Below are positions 11,441 through 25,359 of a stretch of DNA of 64,000 bases, piece after piece. The stretch spans positions 62,001 through 126,000 of the forward strand of contig JAAOMT010000420.1 of assembly GCA_016748015.1 (NCBI GenBank), in the 5' to 3' direction. Under the pieces are notes generated by a model. That model was given only the letters and a program-made list of their open reading frames with translations, ran no database searches and was not told the DNA's origin. Position numbers and translations under genes: made by a program. Within the stretch, counting starts at the first letter, position 1. The number at the start of each line of letters is the position of its first letter. The DNA comes from Geosiphon pyriformis uo1 (taxonomy: Eukaryota; Fungi; Glomeromycota).

Positions 11441-14119
11441 CTATATTTTCCAGAAAGGATCTTTTTCCATGAGATCCTTTGCACTTTTATAACCCTCTCC
11501 TTTCAGAGCACGCTGACGGAGGCCCTGGATTGCGCTATAAAAGCGAAGTTGGTTTGCTATTTGAGGTTTAGATCTTTTTTTTGGTTTTTCCAAGTTCATA
11601 GCGGTCAAAAGCTTATCTGCCAGGTGATGAAGCCACTGTTTTGAAATTCAATTTTAAAATAAATGGAAAAGAAAATCGAAAAAATTTAGATATCAACTAC
11701 TCACAGATACATTAGTCTTCGGGCAAAAGGCTTTCCAGTTGCCATTTGTTTCTTCTAGCATCATTCTATAAATATCATATTGATAATCACCTAAAAAAGC
11801 AAAGTATATTTTAATTTTGCACTAGGACCTAAGAGGCATATAACCTTACCTTCCCCAGTAAAGTATCCTTCATCCTTGATATCAACATGAACAATCTCGT
11901 TATCTTGATGATGATGATGATGACGGCAATAATATGATTAATAATAGTGTTAAGTTCGAGTTGAACTTAAAAATATTTAACAATGACGGAATTTTTTGGG
12001 ACTCACCAATATCCATCCGTGAAAGTGTATAGTCAATAATATAAGCCTTTAACCCAAAACATGGAACTTGATATTCCTTTCCATTTGCAAGATCACAAAA
12101 GGAAATAATATGACTTTTACTGGTTTCCTTTATCGTGATATTACCCAAATGTAGATCACGATGCTAAAAGTAATTTATAGATAAATAAATTTAAAAGAAA
12201 CAAGTAAAGCTCGAAACCAAAGCTGCTTGAGAAATTATCACATTACCTCAAATTTTAAGGACTTTATATGAAAGATATAAAAATGTTAATCTTTAAATAA
12301 ATCAAAAATTTAAAAAATTCAATCGATTACCTCTTCAGCCAAAGCTAATGTCCAACCAATCTGTACTAAAACGCTCCAGGCTTGACGCCAATCTTTGAGC
12401 TTATATTTCTCCAAGTCAATGCCACCATGCTCCAGTACAAAAACGGCATAATTTTGATTTTCATCAAAATAGTCTAGAAAATGACTTTAAATCAGAAATG
12501 AGGTAGGGACTAAGTAGCGAGTAAGAATGATGCCTTGGTGGCTTATACCGGGGCGATCGTTCTCCGATACGTGATGCTTATCCCATTCATCCCAGGCCTT
12601 TATAAGCATTTGTGGATACTTCCCACAGCAAATTCCTATTCTGAAATTAATCATGATTAAGATAAAGGAGTAATTTTGTTGCACATTGTCAAGCAAAATC
12701 ACATACTCACCGATATACTTTTAAAAACCCTGTACGAATCCCTAAATTATGTTTTGATTGACCACCGAGTTCCATAGTAATTTTTATTTCTTGCAAAACA
12801 TCTAGTGTAGTACATTGCTCCTCCCCATTGACCAACACTTCTTTTCCTCGTCCAAAGGGTATTATTTTTAGGACGCATTTAGTATTGTTTGTGGTAAAAT
12901 TTGAAATCATTATCTCGTAAACCTCCGCGAAAGTCGATTCTCCCACTTTTTTAGCCATCTCCAAGCATCTATGGATTAAAGTGATTAGCACGTTAATTAA
13001 GTGGGCTTGAATATTGAAAGATGCTACTTACTCTATTCCCAAAAACTCTTGAAAAGAATAAAGGTTCGCTTGTTTGCAAACCTCCAAAACTGGTGGCAAA
13101 TCATTATCAGGTCCTGGTTTTTTGTTGTTCATTTTTTCCTTAAATCGCTTCCCTCTGATTTGAGTAAATTTTAGGGGTTTTTCTTCATCTAAAAATGGAG
13201 CGGTAAATCTTGAAGGCTTTTTTTCACCTAAAGATGGGGGAGAAATTATAGAGGGCTTCACTTGGTCTGAAGACAATGGGGTAGCTTTTAAAGGCTTATT
13301 TACATTTGAATATGAAAGGTTAATTATGTTCTGGGCTCTTTTTTCATGTTCTATTTTGTCAGGTAAAAAGCTTAATGGTTCCTTTGTGGTCAATTGACCA
13401 AGACCCAAACTGTTTGTTTCAGCTGAAAAGAACATATTATCTAAGGGGAACGAAGGATCACAATTATCATGGAAATTAAATGTTGAGTACAATTCGCCTT
13501 TTTTGCAGATAAAATTTTCTTTTTGATCAATTAAAGGAGTGTTAAGTTCAGATTGCAAGATTATTGATCGCAAATCAGTAGTTTGATCCTCATTTTGATC
13601 AATTTTCACAACTGAAGGAATTTGACTTCTGGGGGGCGAAAGAATTTCTTTTATTATAGTAGAATGTGCTCGGGTAATTATTTTTATTGGGCTCGGAGGA
13701 AGCTTTGAAAATCTGACAGATTTTTTAGTTTTTCCCGTAGCTTGACTATCTTCGTATTTAAGAGGGGTGCGTGGAGGGGTGTCTTCCAAGATAAACTTTG
13801 AAGGATGTAAATTCGCGTTCTTCAAAATCGGCGTTAAGGGTCCATTTTTTTGGTGTTCGGACATTTTCATAAAATCTTTTTCGGGAGAAAGATAGAGTTT
13901 TGATTTGGTGAAGCCCTTAGCAAAAGCTTTCCTATGAGGTTTGTTGTCGTTCCCAAGTCCGATCTTCCATTTCTCCAAATAAATTTCCAGATCGAAAGGG
14001 TCTTCTTGGGTCTTGAAATCGGCAGATTTAGTCCCATAAACCGAGTTACCATTTAGGTGATTTTTATCTTGCCTCTTTCGAAAATCTAGGCTTTGATTCT
14101 GATTTAATTTAGACTCCAT
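11441..14119 (-). CDS. Haspin-family protein kinase, multi-exon
   Basis: KVGESTFAEVY, VLKIIPFG, G.YP..L..AW, HRDLHLGNI, IIDYTLSR, GDYQYDIYR, TNV.WLH.L; long disordered N-terminal exon. Confidence 0.92.
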
Positions 14120-14363
14120 TGAGCCGTACTTCAGAGTGTAAAATTCTTTTGTCTAAAAAGAAAACCCGGTTACAAATGATTATTAGCTGAAATTGATCAA
14201 AATAATCTGTTGACTATTTTCAGAAAAATTTGATGACGTTTCTGGGTAACAATGATTTTCTCCTATCACGCGAAGCGATGAAGAATAAGTGGGCACCCCC
14301 ACTATCGGGCTGTCGGGAACCCATCAAGAGTTGTAAAATTCTTAACAAAACATTTTTTTAGCC

Positions 14364-16717
14364 ATGTGGTTGTCAAATGTTGCCAGCAACCTTTCAAATT
14401 CTCCCTCTGCAAACTCACTTTTGAAGCTTCCCGAATTTCTTGATCCTTCTGCAAGGACGTCACAAAACACTAACGTGACCGGAGAGCAATATATTCGAAC
14501 TCTTTCTCATTACATTCGTTCAAATGAACGACGGCTGACATCACATCAAGGTTCCCCGTTGCCTTCCGGTCATCGAAGAGCGGACAGTGGAAGTGGCAGT
14601 GGTAGCTTTTCCATATCTAATCTATGGTCTATATCAGCTGCTCTCACAGGGTCCTATTTAAAGTCGGCCATACCAGCAGCACAGATACCATCTCCAACGG
14701 GCTCAAATTCTTCGCTTCCAAAAACAATATTGCTGACATTTGATCATCATCACCTTTATTTTCTATTATCAAAGTTCGCCGAATATGGATATGACGTCGG
14801 TGCTTTTGAGGTTGACCCGGAATATGAATCGCAAGGAGATCCCAAAAATCTTTTGGAAACATCATCAATAACTTCTACTACATCTGTAAATTCTATTTCA
14901 TCCGCAATGTCATCATTATCTCTCTTTTCAGGATGGCAAGGATGGTCGATTGGGGCTCAACAAAATGAAGTCCCAATTGAAGATGATATCCGCTATATAT
15001 ATCGTACACTTTTGAAGCTGTCTGGGCTTAAACTTTCAATTTTAACACATACAAAGATTGAGGCCCCTGATGGATGGTCACCATTAGCAAGAATGATTTC
15101 ATTAGCACCATTTAAAAGTTTGGCTCATCTAGAAATATACAGGCTGCCGATTAAAATGATTGACGGATGGGACATATTGCAAGAAAAACTTGAAATATTG
15201 ATAGTGCAGAATGGAACCATTGACGATATTCACGAATTGTTTGTGGATGTTGTGGTTGAATCCATGAAAAAACGTAAAGATAAAAAAACAAAAAAGCGCA
15301 TTCAAGCCGAGGAAGAGGAACTCAAGCCTAGTTCAAAAGAATCTAAAAATGCTTTGGAAGAGCCTGCAGTAAGCATTCTTCCCCCCAAGATTTGGCCACG
15401 GCTTACCAATATCAATCTTTCCCACAATGCTTTGACCTTTGTTGCAAATGAACCTGTTTCTTTCATCACCACATGCACTCATTTAGATTTATCAAACAAC
15501 CTACTTATCGCTGTACCAATTGCTCTAGCACATTTGTATAACCTTGAATATCTTAATTTAAGTTATAACATGATAGAATCTATACTTGGGATTTATGAAA
15601 TTCTTCGAAATGTTAACAAATTAGAGTTACGAAACAATCGAATTGAAAATCTGTGCGGATTAGAGCGTGTTTTTACCCTAGAGTATGTTGATGTCAGAGA
15701 AAATCGCCTGACCGATTGGGCAGAAATTGGTCGTATGACTGAACTTTCCGGATTGAAAGACATATTTGTTGAGGGCAATCCCTTTACTCAGTATCAGGTA
15801 CGTTTTACAATTTAGTTCTATTTTAAATTCTAATTGGGTAAAATAAGCTGTAGTATTCTTATCATTGTTTCTAAATTACTTTAATTACGATTGACATCAA
15901 TTATTATCCTTTTTTTTCCTAGCCAAATTATCGTGTAAACATATTCACAGTTTACAAAGCAAACAATATCGATGTAAATTTGGACGGAAGCGGTCCCTCG
16001 ATGAAGGAACGACGATATATTTATATTACCCCATCCACACCAGATGGTTCTCAAAGAGCCCCAATAGCTTCTTTAAGCAAAGCATTGAGTTCAGAATCTC
16101 TTTTTGGTCCAAATAGTGATGGATCGATGGCATCAATTGATATTCCCGGTTTAGTAAAAAAAGGAAGAAAAAGTAGATCTAGGCGTGTAGTAGACCCTTT
16201 GGAAGACCATGGCGGGATTGAAGTTTTATCGGAATCTGGGATAGATAACGTATCGGTCAGAAGTGGAAGAATTATTAGACCAAAGAAGAAAAAGGAAACA
16301 TTAAAATCATCCTCACCCTCAAAAAATGAATCCTCTGAAACAAAAAGACCTGTGCACCGAACTATTGAAGTCACCAAGGCGGCTGCTCATGATAGTGGTC
16401 TTCGTAAAAAGAAAAGCAAAACCCATATAAATCGATCGAAAAAGTTAGAGACCCCACCTATCTCACCACCCCTTGGTGCATCAAATGTTAGTGATTCGGA
16501 AGTATTGTATTCACCTCTTAGCGGCTCACCACCAGGGGACGGTTACAAGGATCGAATGATGAACTTACGCAAAGAGGGTGGATCCGCGTGGTTAAGGGTC
16601 CTGAATGAGATGGAATACTCGCCGAACAACGAGAACAATAAATTACGCGAACGCAACATGAAGAATTTCTTGGGTCATGTATCGTCTGAAGAGAAAAAAG
16701 ATTTGGAAAGACATTGA
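14364..16717 (+). CDS. Leucine-rich repeat protein (nischarin-like LRRs); intron about 15798-15921
   Basis: Repeated LxxLxLSxNxL units and EGNPF cap; basic, disordered C-terminal exon. Confidence 0.85.
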
Positions 16718-18836
16718 ATCAATTTAAAATTTTACTCGGGACAAAAAATATCTGGCGATATGGAGGAAGTCAGTTTACTTGAGTAAATTTAACTTTGTAA
16801 ACACTGCCTTTCACGGGTTTTTTTTAATAACTTCTGAGTTTCAATTTTTAATTTATTTTTCTTCGTTACTGGTAATCTCAATCGTAGTACAAAATCCACA
16901 TCTCGTCCATTATCTCTCATCAATTTCTATAACTTCTTAAATTATAAGTTAAATTGTAAAATATATAGCTTCATAATACCAGACAATGATTGAATATTTA
17001 TTAATGACTTTTAAATTTTACCTTCATATTTGATATTTCATTTTGTCGGATAATATTTATTTGTAATCGAAAGAATTTCTGTGGCGTATCATTAGGTCAG
17101 AAGAGTTTAGAAGCTTTATTTAATTCTGAAATGAATAACATTTAGAGGATGAGGGTTTGATGGTATATGATTTTATGCAGTTGGATTTTCTAAAAGACGG
17201 AAACATGATTAAAGAGCCTTTTATTTCTTAGGATATAATAAAAAAAAATTTCACACAATTTGAGAGAAATCTTTTTGGGTTAGCGCAAAAGGGGGACAAA
17301 TTAACGCGTGATGATTTGGTAATTATTTAATGAAGGGAGAATTTTGAACAATAAAAGGCTGGGATTTTAACAATTTGATTTTCAAAAGGGACGCAGGACG
17401 CAGGACTCGGGTGAAAAAGGTAAATAATAAATGCTACACGAAAAACTGCTTATTACACGTATTATCTAACAAAATCCAATTGTAAAAAAGATCAACAATA
17501 TTATATGTATTAATAATATGATTATAAGCCCAAATAGGTGTTTCCAGATGATCAAGATCAGGCATCGATTCGTAAAATATATTGGATAGGATTAATCAAA
17601 TTCTCTTAAAAAAGCTTTCAATGGATATATTATTCTTTTGGTGAGAATAAAAAAAATTTTGATCGCGATACTGTTATTGTGTAAATTATCAATGAACACA
17701 ATCTTTAAAAGCTTTGATTCACCTGATTTCCCAATAAAAAATTGGTTGATTATACATGTACAAGTATGATTACTATAAATACTGAAGCAAGATAAGTGAG
17801 ATAAACAGATTTCAAAAATTACAGATTAAAATTGTTTTGAATTTTTGGAAACAAGAAGCAGTTGCATTTGAACAAACTAGGAATAATAATAAGCCTCATT
17901 TTATGGAGGAAAAGTTATCCCCGAATGAATTCGAGTTCTCATTTGATAATAATAATAATTAATAATTCTTTCATGAAATCTATCCAGATTTCCTTTCATC
18001 ATTGTAAAACCGTGGGGATGACATGATTTTAATATGGGATTTATAGCGAAAAAAAAAAATGTGTTATGACCTCACGTTATATCACTAGGGGCATTATCTT
18101 CGAGTAAAAACGAAATATAAAGCAATTCCCGCCACGTAATCATTAAACAATGGAAAATTGCCACGTATTTGAATTTGCTGGTTGCCACTAACGTTTTTTC
18201 TAAAACTTGTACTCTTTCCCTTCTCATGGAAATTGGCATGTGAAAAACAGAATCAATTTGGTTAGCATAAAAGTTCATCAAACATTGTTATTTGTCTTGA
18301 AACCTTTTTCTTGATTTTTCGGCAAAAAAAAAATATTTGAGCTAACGCATATTTCAAATCAAGGTGGCGTCATTTCAATGAAGTTTCATAAACTACTTTA
18401 TTTACATCATGATGACTGTTGTTTTAACTTTTTGGCGTAAAGATGACACAATCAGACTCTTTAGGATTTGCCACCACAAATAAAATAATACCTCTATCTC
18501 GAGCGTTATCATAATTGTCGCTGATTCTTTTAAAAAAAAAAATAACTTGCCGGGTCATCGATCATCAAATCACTTCTAAATTCCTTTTTTTAGTCAGGGG
18601 CAAAATTTTTCGTCAGCCACTCCTCTTATCTGACACCTTTCCCACTTTATCTTTTCCCGTAACTTTGCCTTTTTACCTTTTTCAAGAAAAAGGTAAGTAA
18701 AAAACACCTATATATTTGTTGTCTTGATCCTCATTTCTAAAAGCCTTTTTGCGAAAAATTAAAATTCTGCTCTCATTATTACTTGTGCACTTTTGTTTTC
18801 TTTGTCTTTGTAATATTCAATTTTTTAAAACTTCTA

Positions 18837-20278
18837 ATGCCCGACGTTCAAGACCAGTTAACTAGCAACAAAATGGCAAATACACAGGAAGAAACCGATT
18901 CCAACCAATTTATAAAGCCCCAGGAAACTGACTTTGAACCCTCAACAATCCATAATGAAAACTTACATCAAAATGGCTCTGCAACTACTCAAGAAAACTC
19001 TTCTCACCATAACACTAATATCTCTTACGAAGAGGAAATTTATGGAGAAGATAGTCATGTTATAGAAAGGGTTCGAAGTATGTATTTTAAAATGTGATAT
19101 ATTATGAATGAGAAATATTTCTGACCTTATGCATAAATTATTTAGCCACTGTTAACTCTGTGAATTCAAAAGGTAATAAACCATTTAAATTTATATTTCG
19201 ATCGCCATCTCCGGATCAATGGTAGAACATAAATATTGAAGTACCCAATGAAAATTTGTTTTTCGAGTTCAACTGGATTTTTGAGTCTTTGTTCTTTGAA
19301 AGTTTATTATTCCCAAATCTAACATCCTTTTTCCTCTACTCTCCTCAGTTCAACATCTTGTTGAATGGGAGAATACTCTCCATTCAGGAACCGCATTGGC
19401 TAGCATTCTTGCCTTTCTCATCTTCACAGCGTACAATTCCTTGTTCAACACTTTCTGTTTTTTAGCCCTAGCTGTGATAGGCATTGATTGGATCTATGTT
19501 TTTGCAACTAAGCAATTTAAGACCCTATTCAATCAGCCTGCTGCTAATCCACATGAGTAAGTCGGTTAAGATTTTAAAAAAAAAAAAAAAAGTTCCGCTC
19601 TAAACCTATCGCTTCTTCTTATTTAGTGATTTCATCAGAAATCCTCCACGTATTTCACGCAAATCCCTCGATCCCTATATAGACATTTGGGTTGATCTTC
19701 TCAACTTTGGATTGGCCGAAGGAACTAAAATTATCTTTGTTGAAGATCCATACAGAAGCCTCAAGGTATATTATCGAATTCTTGTTCAACCTTTCAATTT
19801 CGATCTTATTTTTTTAATTGTTATTTTTTCTGTAGTATGTTGGCATATTCTATGTTGTTTGGACTGTTGCCTCCTGGTTCTCCTTCCGCAGCATCTTTGG
19901 GACAAGTAAATATCATTTGAGAAAAAAGTGATTACCAGCTTACTCATAATTAATTATGACTTCTCTCATTCTATTTTAGTTGTGATACTCGGGTTTGCCG
20001 TGCCAAAATTATACAAACAAAATCAAGAGGTGGTTGACAGACACGTAACTCATGCTCATGGTCTTGTCCGTAGCCATCTTGATCGGTAAGTTATTCGACG
20101 GCGTTTATGTAAGGATCATTGAACTTTCAAGTTAAATTAATAACCTATTTCATTAATCTTAAAATATAGTGGCTTAGAAATTGCGTCAGCCCGCTTAAAG
20201 CCTTATATTGAGAAGGGGAAATCATTTGCCGCATCTAGCGGTGTTTTCCAGGGAGATAATACCAAGAAAGCAGAATAA
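18837..20278 (+). CDS. Reticulon-domain ER protein, multi-exon
   Basis: LLEWENTLHSGTAL...; two long hydrophobic stretches; FAVPKLYKQNQEVVD. Confidence 0.85.
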
Positions 20279-20636
20279 AGTTCTTCAGTCTATCATTGTG
20301 TGTCCGCTTGACAGAAGTTTTTGCTTTATTGAGAAATAATGTACCTAGCCATCGAAATATAGTTGAGCTCATTAAAGAGAGAAGGATGCATTGCTGGTCC
20401 TGTATCACTACCTTAATTATACCCTTTTATGAATATTTTCTCTTCTGTAAATAACGATCCCAATCTCAGGACGGAAAAAACAATCTTTATATCTTAATCT
20501 AAAAATGAACTATTTCGACCTCAATACTTTATTTTTTCAATTTACGGTCATCTAATATTTCACTTTGTTATGCTATTTGATGAATAAGAGATCGAAAGAA
20601 TATAGGGTCAAAAAGTTTAAAAAATGATCTGGGAAT

Positions 20637-23600
20637 TTACAATTCTAGGAATGTAACCATCTCAGGCAGCTTGTCATAAATTTCGCGATGAGAGATTAAT
20701 CCGGCTGCAAATCCTCGTATTGGACTATATTTTGAGACAAAGTTTTGATGGTTATTAACATTGGCTTGGTTGGAGCCGTAATCATAGTCAATTAGATTCT
20801 TTTCTTCGAAAGAGATTTGAAATTTCGACAAAATATTTTCCGAAAAATGTTGATAAAGTGTGTGATTTCGTATAGTGATGGAGGCATCAACTCGTAATAG
20901 AATATATGAAGTCATCATCCCCAAAGTCCCTCCTTGTGCATATGATTCAATTTTTTTGTCAATTGCAGATGTGAGGCAGTCTGTGAATAAAATATGTATT
21001 AGCTTGGGCGGATGCAGATGGGGATTGTCAGAGTAGGACAATTGGGTCATGATCAAGGAGGCACCCAGTTCGGCTTTTTTTAAAAAAAAATCAAGAATCA
21101 TCAGAGCTGGCAAAAAGCAAGAAATGGAAATAGTTTAGTTTCCCAATTGTTTACCTGCGCGAAGCGAAACTTTCAATTTCCCAAGGTTTAAAACCTCCTA
21201 AAAGTGGGTAAATATTTGATTTAATTGTAAGAACCCGATAATCTTCTCGAGAAAGCTTATATACCTCGACAATTAACTGCACAAACACTTGGGGTCCTCC
21301 AATCAGTAAGACGTCGCGAAATAAATTAATATCGAAATGATGCAGACCAAGAGAATTATTTCGACTATCTTCCTTTACAAATTTTCGACGGCCACTATTT
21401 ACAATAGATTTGAATATAGTACGAAAACGTCCAAATATCATCTCCGCTGGATATTTATGCTTTAACCATTCTACAAAACACAGGACAAATTTAACCTGGA
21501 AGGTGATATATATATAATCTGGAATGCCAAAATTAGAAAAATTACCCGGATGGCTTGTTACATTTAAAATTTTTTCCTCGAAAAGGGATATTATTTTGTC
21601 GTCTAATTGAGCAGGTTCTTGAAATTTTTTGATGACATCAATAACGCGATTACCGATCAACCTCAGAACTGACGAGGGAAATTTTGGACAGGATAATAAA
21701 GTTGTAATTACTTGGAAGGAGAATGATAGCGGTCTAAACATTTGACGACAATATGGGCTTACGTCTTAGATAAGTGTCTCTTTCTTCTGATTCATATCGT
21801 TTAGATAATTGATAAACTTACCCTTTCATTGACGCATCATTACATAGCCATTGAAATAATCCAACTAATGTGAATGACCAACAAGGGTGTAAAAATATTT
21901 CGAATTCCGTAAGACTTTTCCTCTTGATCCCATCAACCCCTTCAGCTTCGAGAGTCTTAATATGCTTTTGAAAGATGGTTGGTGATACCTGAATGAATTT
22001 TCGAGGTTCTGATTCTCTTTGAAGGCATTGAAAATATCAGGTTTAGCAAATGGAAAAACAGCTACTTTTAGATGTATATATCAACCTGATCAAATCATCA
22101 GGAGTATGATTTTTGCCAAGTGAAAGTACTTTAAGCCAATGTGTGACAAGAACCCTTTGATCAGTTGTGAGGCTATCAAGTGGGAAAGCAAATGAGGATC
22201 TTCGAAGCCAAGTTAAAAAGAACCCGTCTTCATTATCATCTATGTCCGAGATATTGGTGTGCAACTTTAAAGAAAGGAAAGATGGTTTAATTATTTAATT
22301 ATAGAATTTATTTATTTCAGATGATAACAGACCAAATAATCAAATTTACCTCATACCGAAAAATCACAGTATTTACAAATAAGAAGATTGCACCGAAATT
22401 TTCATAATCTTCTTGATAAGATGCTATTGAATCAAAATTGTGTTTAGATAATAATTTATCTATAAAAGATTAAGTAATATAAAGAAAGCGTTTTAACTAC
22501 CAATAGTGTTTAGACTGTTCGAGCTTCTCTTCCATGTATTGCATAGCTGTATTAATGGCCTTAATAACAACGATGGATGGCGGTATAAGTGAACTAGATC
22601 AAGTAGTACCGGGTTATCGATAAGCGCACGACAAAGCATTGCTAGCGGATGGAGGTCGAGACTAGAGGACCACGTAGTAACTAACTAATAGGTATACATG
22701 ACATAACAAGAAAAATGAATAAGGTATAAATGCTTTAATTAGGACGATGAAAAAAAACATTAAAAGACCAAAAAATGAAACATACTTTTAATTTCCAAAA
22801 GACAACCATACCTTCATCACTGTCTCCACACAAGATTCATGACTGAAATAATGTGGTACAGTGGTAACCAGATGATCGACCGTAAGTGGATCCGCTAAAA
22901 TTTTTTCAGTTAAAACATCCGAATCCTGTATTTGATAGAGATAAGATATAATAACCGATTATATCTAAAAAAACGAATTTCTAAATTACCGTAGCGTCCA
23001 TTCCTTCCCATTCTAGCTCAACAGATCGCTCTTTCAATAATCTCACTACAAATTCTCTTCTAATCAGACTTCTTTTTAAACAAACTTTTAATATGTCCAC
23101 AGATATGTCTGAGGTTTTACTGACTCTGAGTAAAATATTAAACTGTTAATTAAAGTTTTACAAGCTAAATTCTCATCAAAAACATTTATTACTTACTGAT
23201 AAGTATTTTCGGAGGTCTTTTCAATTTGCTGATTACATGCACTAATTAAACCACAAAAGCCAAACAATTGGTTGATGACCAATTCGTGACATCGATTCTA
23301 TTGGGAAGTCCGATCGTGATTAATGAATTAAACTTTTTCGTGCCACAAAAAAAATATCAATCACCTTGGTATCTTCGATCTCAGTCATATCTTTTTCCAA
23401 AATGGAATTTTGTAGTTTTCGAGATTCCAATTTTTCAATCAAATGGGGAACCTTTAATTAAATTAAATTATCTTGGTGAAAAATGAGTGATGAAAAGACA
23501 ATTTAAAAGGTTAAAATACCTTGACCAAAACGAAGCTCTTCCATAAGGTGATTTCTCCAAGGGAACTATTTTTTATAGAGGGTGAATTTGGCTTGCATTT

Positions 23601-24013
23601 AAATCCGCTGCAGGCTTCGGCCAATCCGGTCAAACCGCCGATCCATAATTGAAGGAAAAAAGCCTGATCAGATGAATTCTATTCAAAATTAAATATAGAT
23701 TGTCATTATTATAATTAGCAGTCATAGATTTTTCAAGCTTAGAGGAATCTTAGATCATTAATACCTGACTATATTGTAACTTTTTTAAGTATTCTATAGC
23801 GACCTCCTCTGCCATTACAGGGCGAAAGCTAACCTTTTGAAGAAAAATCCCAAAAAATGAATATCTATCATTTAGGCATTGAATCCATAGATTTTTGGCT
23901 TAAACCCCACTTGAAACACTCTCTTCAACACTGACCAAGTGATATGCGAAAAACATTATTGCTGTTGAAGGCAACGGCTCAACACTTGTCACTCCTGTAG
24001 ATTGCTGGAGCAT
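20637..24013 (-). CDS. Hypothetical multi-exon helical protein; family not recognised, start uncertain
   Basis: Chain of minus-strand coding segments (20637-21113, 21151-21741, 22043-22264 and others) bounded by GT-AG sites; head-to-head with L19. Confidence 0.6.
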
Positions 24014-24181
24014 GATGAAAATTATAAAAAATCAAAGTTCAAGATCAGAATTAAATGTACAATTTCCGCGGATCAAAAGAGTAAACAGACAACACAATGA
24101 TTGGACAATTAGATAGTAGATGGCACATGCTAATATCGTCTCCTCTTATGTAAAATTTTTAATTTTATTTGTTCTTAAATA

Positions 24182-24922
24182 ATGTTCCGCACTTTCAAAC
24201 GCCTTGACTACGTTTTTAATCAGCGATTCTTGAACTTCAATATAACAAAACTTCAGAGGATAGCGACAACTTCAAATAATTCTAAAAGTACTTGAAAGTT
24301 TATTTTCTTGTTTGTCCCTTGATTTCCATGCTCGCTTAACAAATGAAAGGTCTATGTTCTTTAACTCCTTTGCAAATTGTTTCTACTGGTGAAATTTTAT
24401 CGGAAAGCTCTTTCGCCAGCACCAAATCCCCCAGTGTCACCAATACAATATGTGCCACCTCCTTCAGTTTTAATACCTCAGAAGCAATTCCCTAATCCTT
24501 CGCTCAAAAATACAAATCTGATGCAATTGATTAATGACGAAGCATTAAAACGTTATCCAATCAAGCATGTTGCCCTTTTCATTAAAAGATGCGACAATCG
24601 TATGAGGCCGGGTGATGTTGTATTAGTGGAAAGCTATACAAGTATCACAAATAAGAAATCCACCTCCTCATTTGCCGGGATATGTATCGCGATTTTTAGG
24701 CGTGGCATTCATTCAAGTTTTATTCTGCGTAATATCATAATGAAACTTGGCGTTGAAATAAGATTTCGAGCATTCTCGCCGTTGATAAAGGATATAAAAA
24801 TATTGCAAAAAGCAGGGAAGGTCAGACGTGCTAAATTGTATTATTTGAGAGACCAACCTGGAAAAGCTTTCCAAGTTGCCGCATTGATGAAAAAACCCAA
24901 ACAAAAGCAAAAAAAGAACTGA
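24182..24922 (+). CDS. MRPL19: Mitochondrial ribosomal protein bL19m, one intron
   Basis: RPGDVV...FAGICIAIFRRG...SSFILRN...GVE...SPLIKDI...VRRAKLYYLRD. Confidence 0.93.
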
Positions 24923-25359
24923 ACCATGTAAGGAACACAAAGTACAAGAAAGGTGTTTTGATTTTAAAAGATGCCGAATTATTTGGCTTAAAACTTTATT
25001 GATAAACCATTTTTCTGGTAATTCCTATTTTTTCTTTTTTCAAGTATATTCAAAAATAAATTGAAAAGGATATTTTCAGGTTGGGAGCAATAAAGATTTT
25101 CAAAATATTAGTTTATAAATATAAAAATTTATATTGTTATTGCATAAATATTACTGTAAAAAAAATTATGTTTTTAAATCATATTTTTTCAAATAAAAAT
25201 TCTTATAAAAATAATATTATAATAAAATTTTATTTTACTTTAACAATTGATCGGCTTTTTTAAAGATTATTGTAACGATAATAGAATAAGACTATCTATT
25301 CAACATTTTTCTTTATTCATTTACATTTTAAAACCTTTTAGGACCTTTTCCATTAAACA

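Noticed and set aside
16718-18836. ncRNA or small genes in the long intergenic region
   Set aside because: No recognisable RNA structure or coding signature; probably UTRs, promoter and a reticulon 5' UTR intron
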